Below are positions 63,561 to 64,000 of a stretch of 64,000 nt of DNA, one piece after another. The notes under the pieces are model-generated. The model saw only the letters and a program-made list of their open reading frames with translations, was not told the origin of the DNA and ran no database searches. Location of the stretch: assembly GCA_040767925.1 (NCBI GenBank), contig JAXGNN010000001.1, positions 1,088,921-1,152,920 on the forward strand. The letters are read 5' to 3'. Within the stretch, counting starts at the first letter, position 1. Each line of letters starts with the position of its first letter. This DNA comes from Christensenellales bacterium. GTDB lineage: Bacteria; Bacillota; Clostridia; Christensenellales; CAG-138. A program made the translations under genes and the position numbers.

Positions 63561-64000
63561 ATGCTCTCTTCGATCCTGAAAATACTGCTGTTTCCGGGCT
63601 TCCTGTTTTTAACGGGATACGCCCTGTGCCTCGAATACGTGGACCGCAAGCTCTACGCGCGCATGCAGAACCGCGTGGGGCCGCCGTGGTATCAGCCCGT
63701 GGCGGACTTCTTCAAGCTCGTCGGCAAGAAGGTCATCATCCCGCGCAACGCCAAGCAGAGGACCTTCGCGGCGCTGCCGGTCGTGTCCCTCGCCGCGGTC
63801 GTCACGGCCTTCATCAGCGTGCCCGTGTGGGGGAAGGGCGCGATCATCAATTACGAGGGCGACCTCGTCGTGGTGCTCTACCTCCTGACGATCCCGACCG
63901 TGTGCCTGTTCCTCGCGGGCTTCGGCTCGCACGACGTGTATACCATCATGGGGGCGTTCCGCACGCTCACGCAGATGTTCGCCTACGAGGTGCCCCTCTT
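63561..64000 (+). CDS. NuoH/HycD/CooK-like membrane subunit (3' end outside window)
   Basis: RBS AAGGAGG, then MLSSILKILLFPGFLFLTGYALCLEYVDRKLYARMQNRVGPP.., a NuoH-type N-terminus. The frame is open to the window end. Confidence 0.8.
   Translation, partial: MLSSILKILLFPGFLFLTGYALCLEYVDRKLYARMQNRVGPPWYQPVADFFKLVGKKVIIPRNAKQRTFAALPVVSLAAVVTAFISVPVWGKGAIINYEGDLVVVLYLLTIPTVCLFLAGFGSHDVYTIMGAFRTLTQMFAYEVPL

Overview
High-GC chromosomal segment that looks Clostridia-like: GGAGG ribosome-binding sites, lipoprotein signal boxes and strict-anaerobe gene content. That taxonomy is inference. It is densely coding.

Gene content in order:
- **1-7.3 kb:** a glycyl-radical enzyme and its activase, embedded among a D-aminoacylase, an M29 aminopeptidase and an alanine-racemase-family gene.
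- **7.3-8.5 kb:** a TetR regulator and a decayed ParB-like fragment.
- **8.5-16.9 kb:** an M14-like peptidase, a five-gene Opp/Dpp-type peptide ABC importer and an RpiR regulator.
- **16.9-17.5 kb:** an ORF-free 650 bp gap.
- **17.5-32.2 kb:** a catabolic island with KDPG aldolase, two NodB-type deacetylases, a DUF885-like protein, three SDRs (two are tandem paralogues), a Liv-type ABC importer, an IclR/KdgR-like regulator, KDG kinase and a 2-hydroxyacid dehydrogenase.
- **32.4-32.9 kb:** two abutting regulator fragments.
- **33.2-36.3 kb:** a non-pyrrolysine MttB-family methyltransferase, a corrinoid protein and a URO-D/MtaA-family methyltransferase.
- **36.5-38.9 kb:** a tocopherol-cyclase-like hypothetical, a low-GC DUF2089-type Zn-ribbon/HTH fusion gene and a NUDIX hydrolase.
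- **39.0-44.3 kb:** a degenerate type I-C CRISPR-Cas locus. It has a 3-repeat array and cas2. cas1 is 5'-truncated and fused to a 3'-truncated cas8c, and cas7 and cas4 are missing. cas5 is present and cas3 is frameshifted.
- **44.6-50.5 kb:** sulfur amino-acid genes cysE, cysK, an Rrf2 regulator and metNIQ.
- **50.7-55.3 kb:** hypFCDE.
- **55.4 kb to the window end:** a complex-I-like group 4 membrane-bound [NiFe]-hydrogenase operon.

Most interesting non-annotated signals:
- A 40-codon leader ORF upstream of metN carries nine Met codons within 15 codons and is followed by a strong intrinsic terminator. This suggests a Met-codon attenuator.
- A structured repeat element occurs in two inverted copies flanking cysK-rrf2-metNIQ. 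One copy is bracketed by a duplicated terminator hairpin.
- Several consensus promoters each have a palindromic operator immediately downstream.

Long antisense ORFs in the track are high-GC shadow ORFs and were not called.
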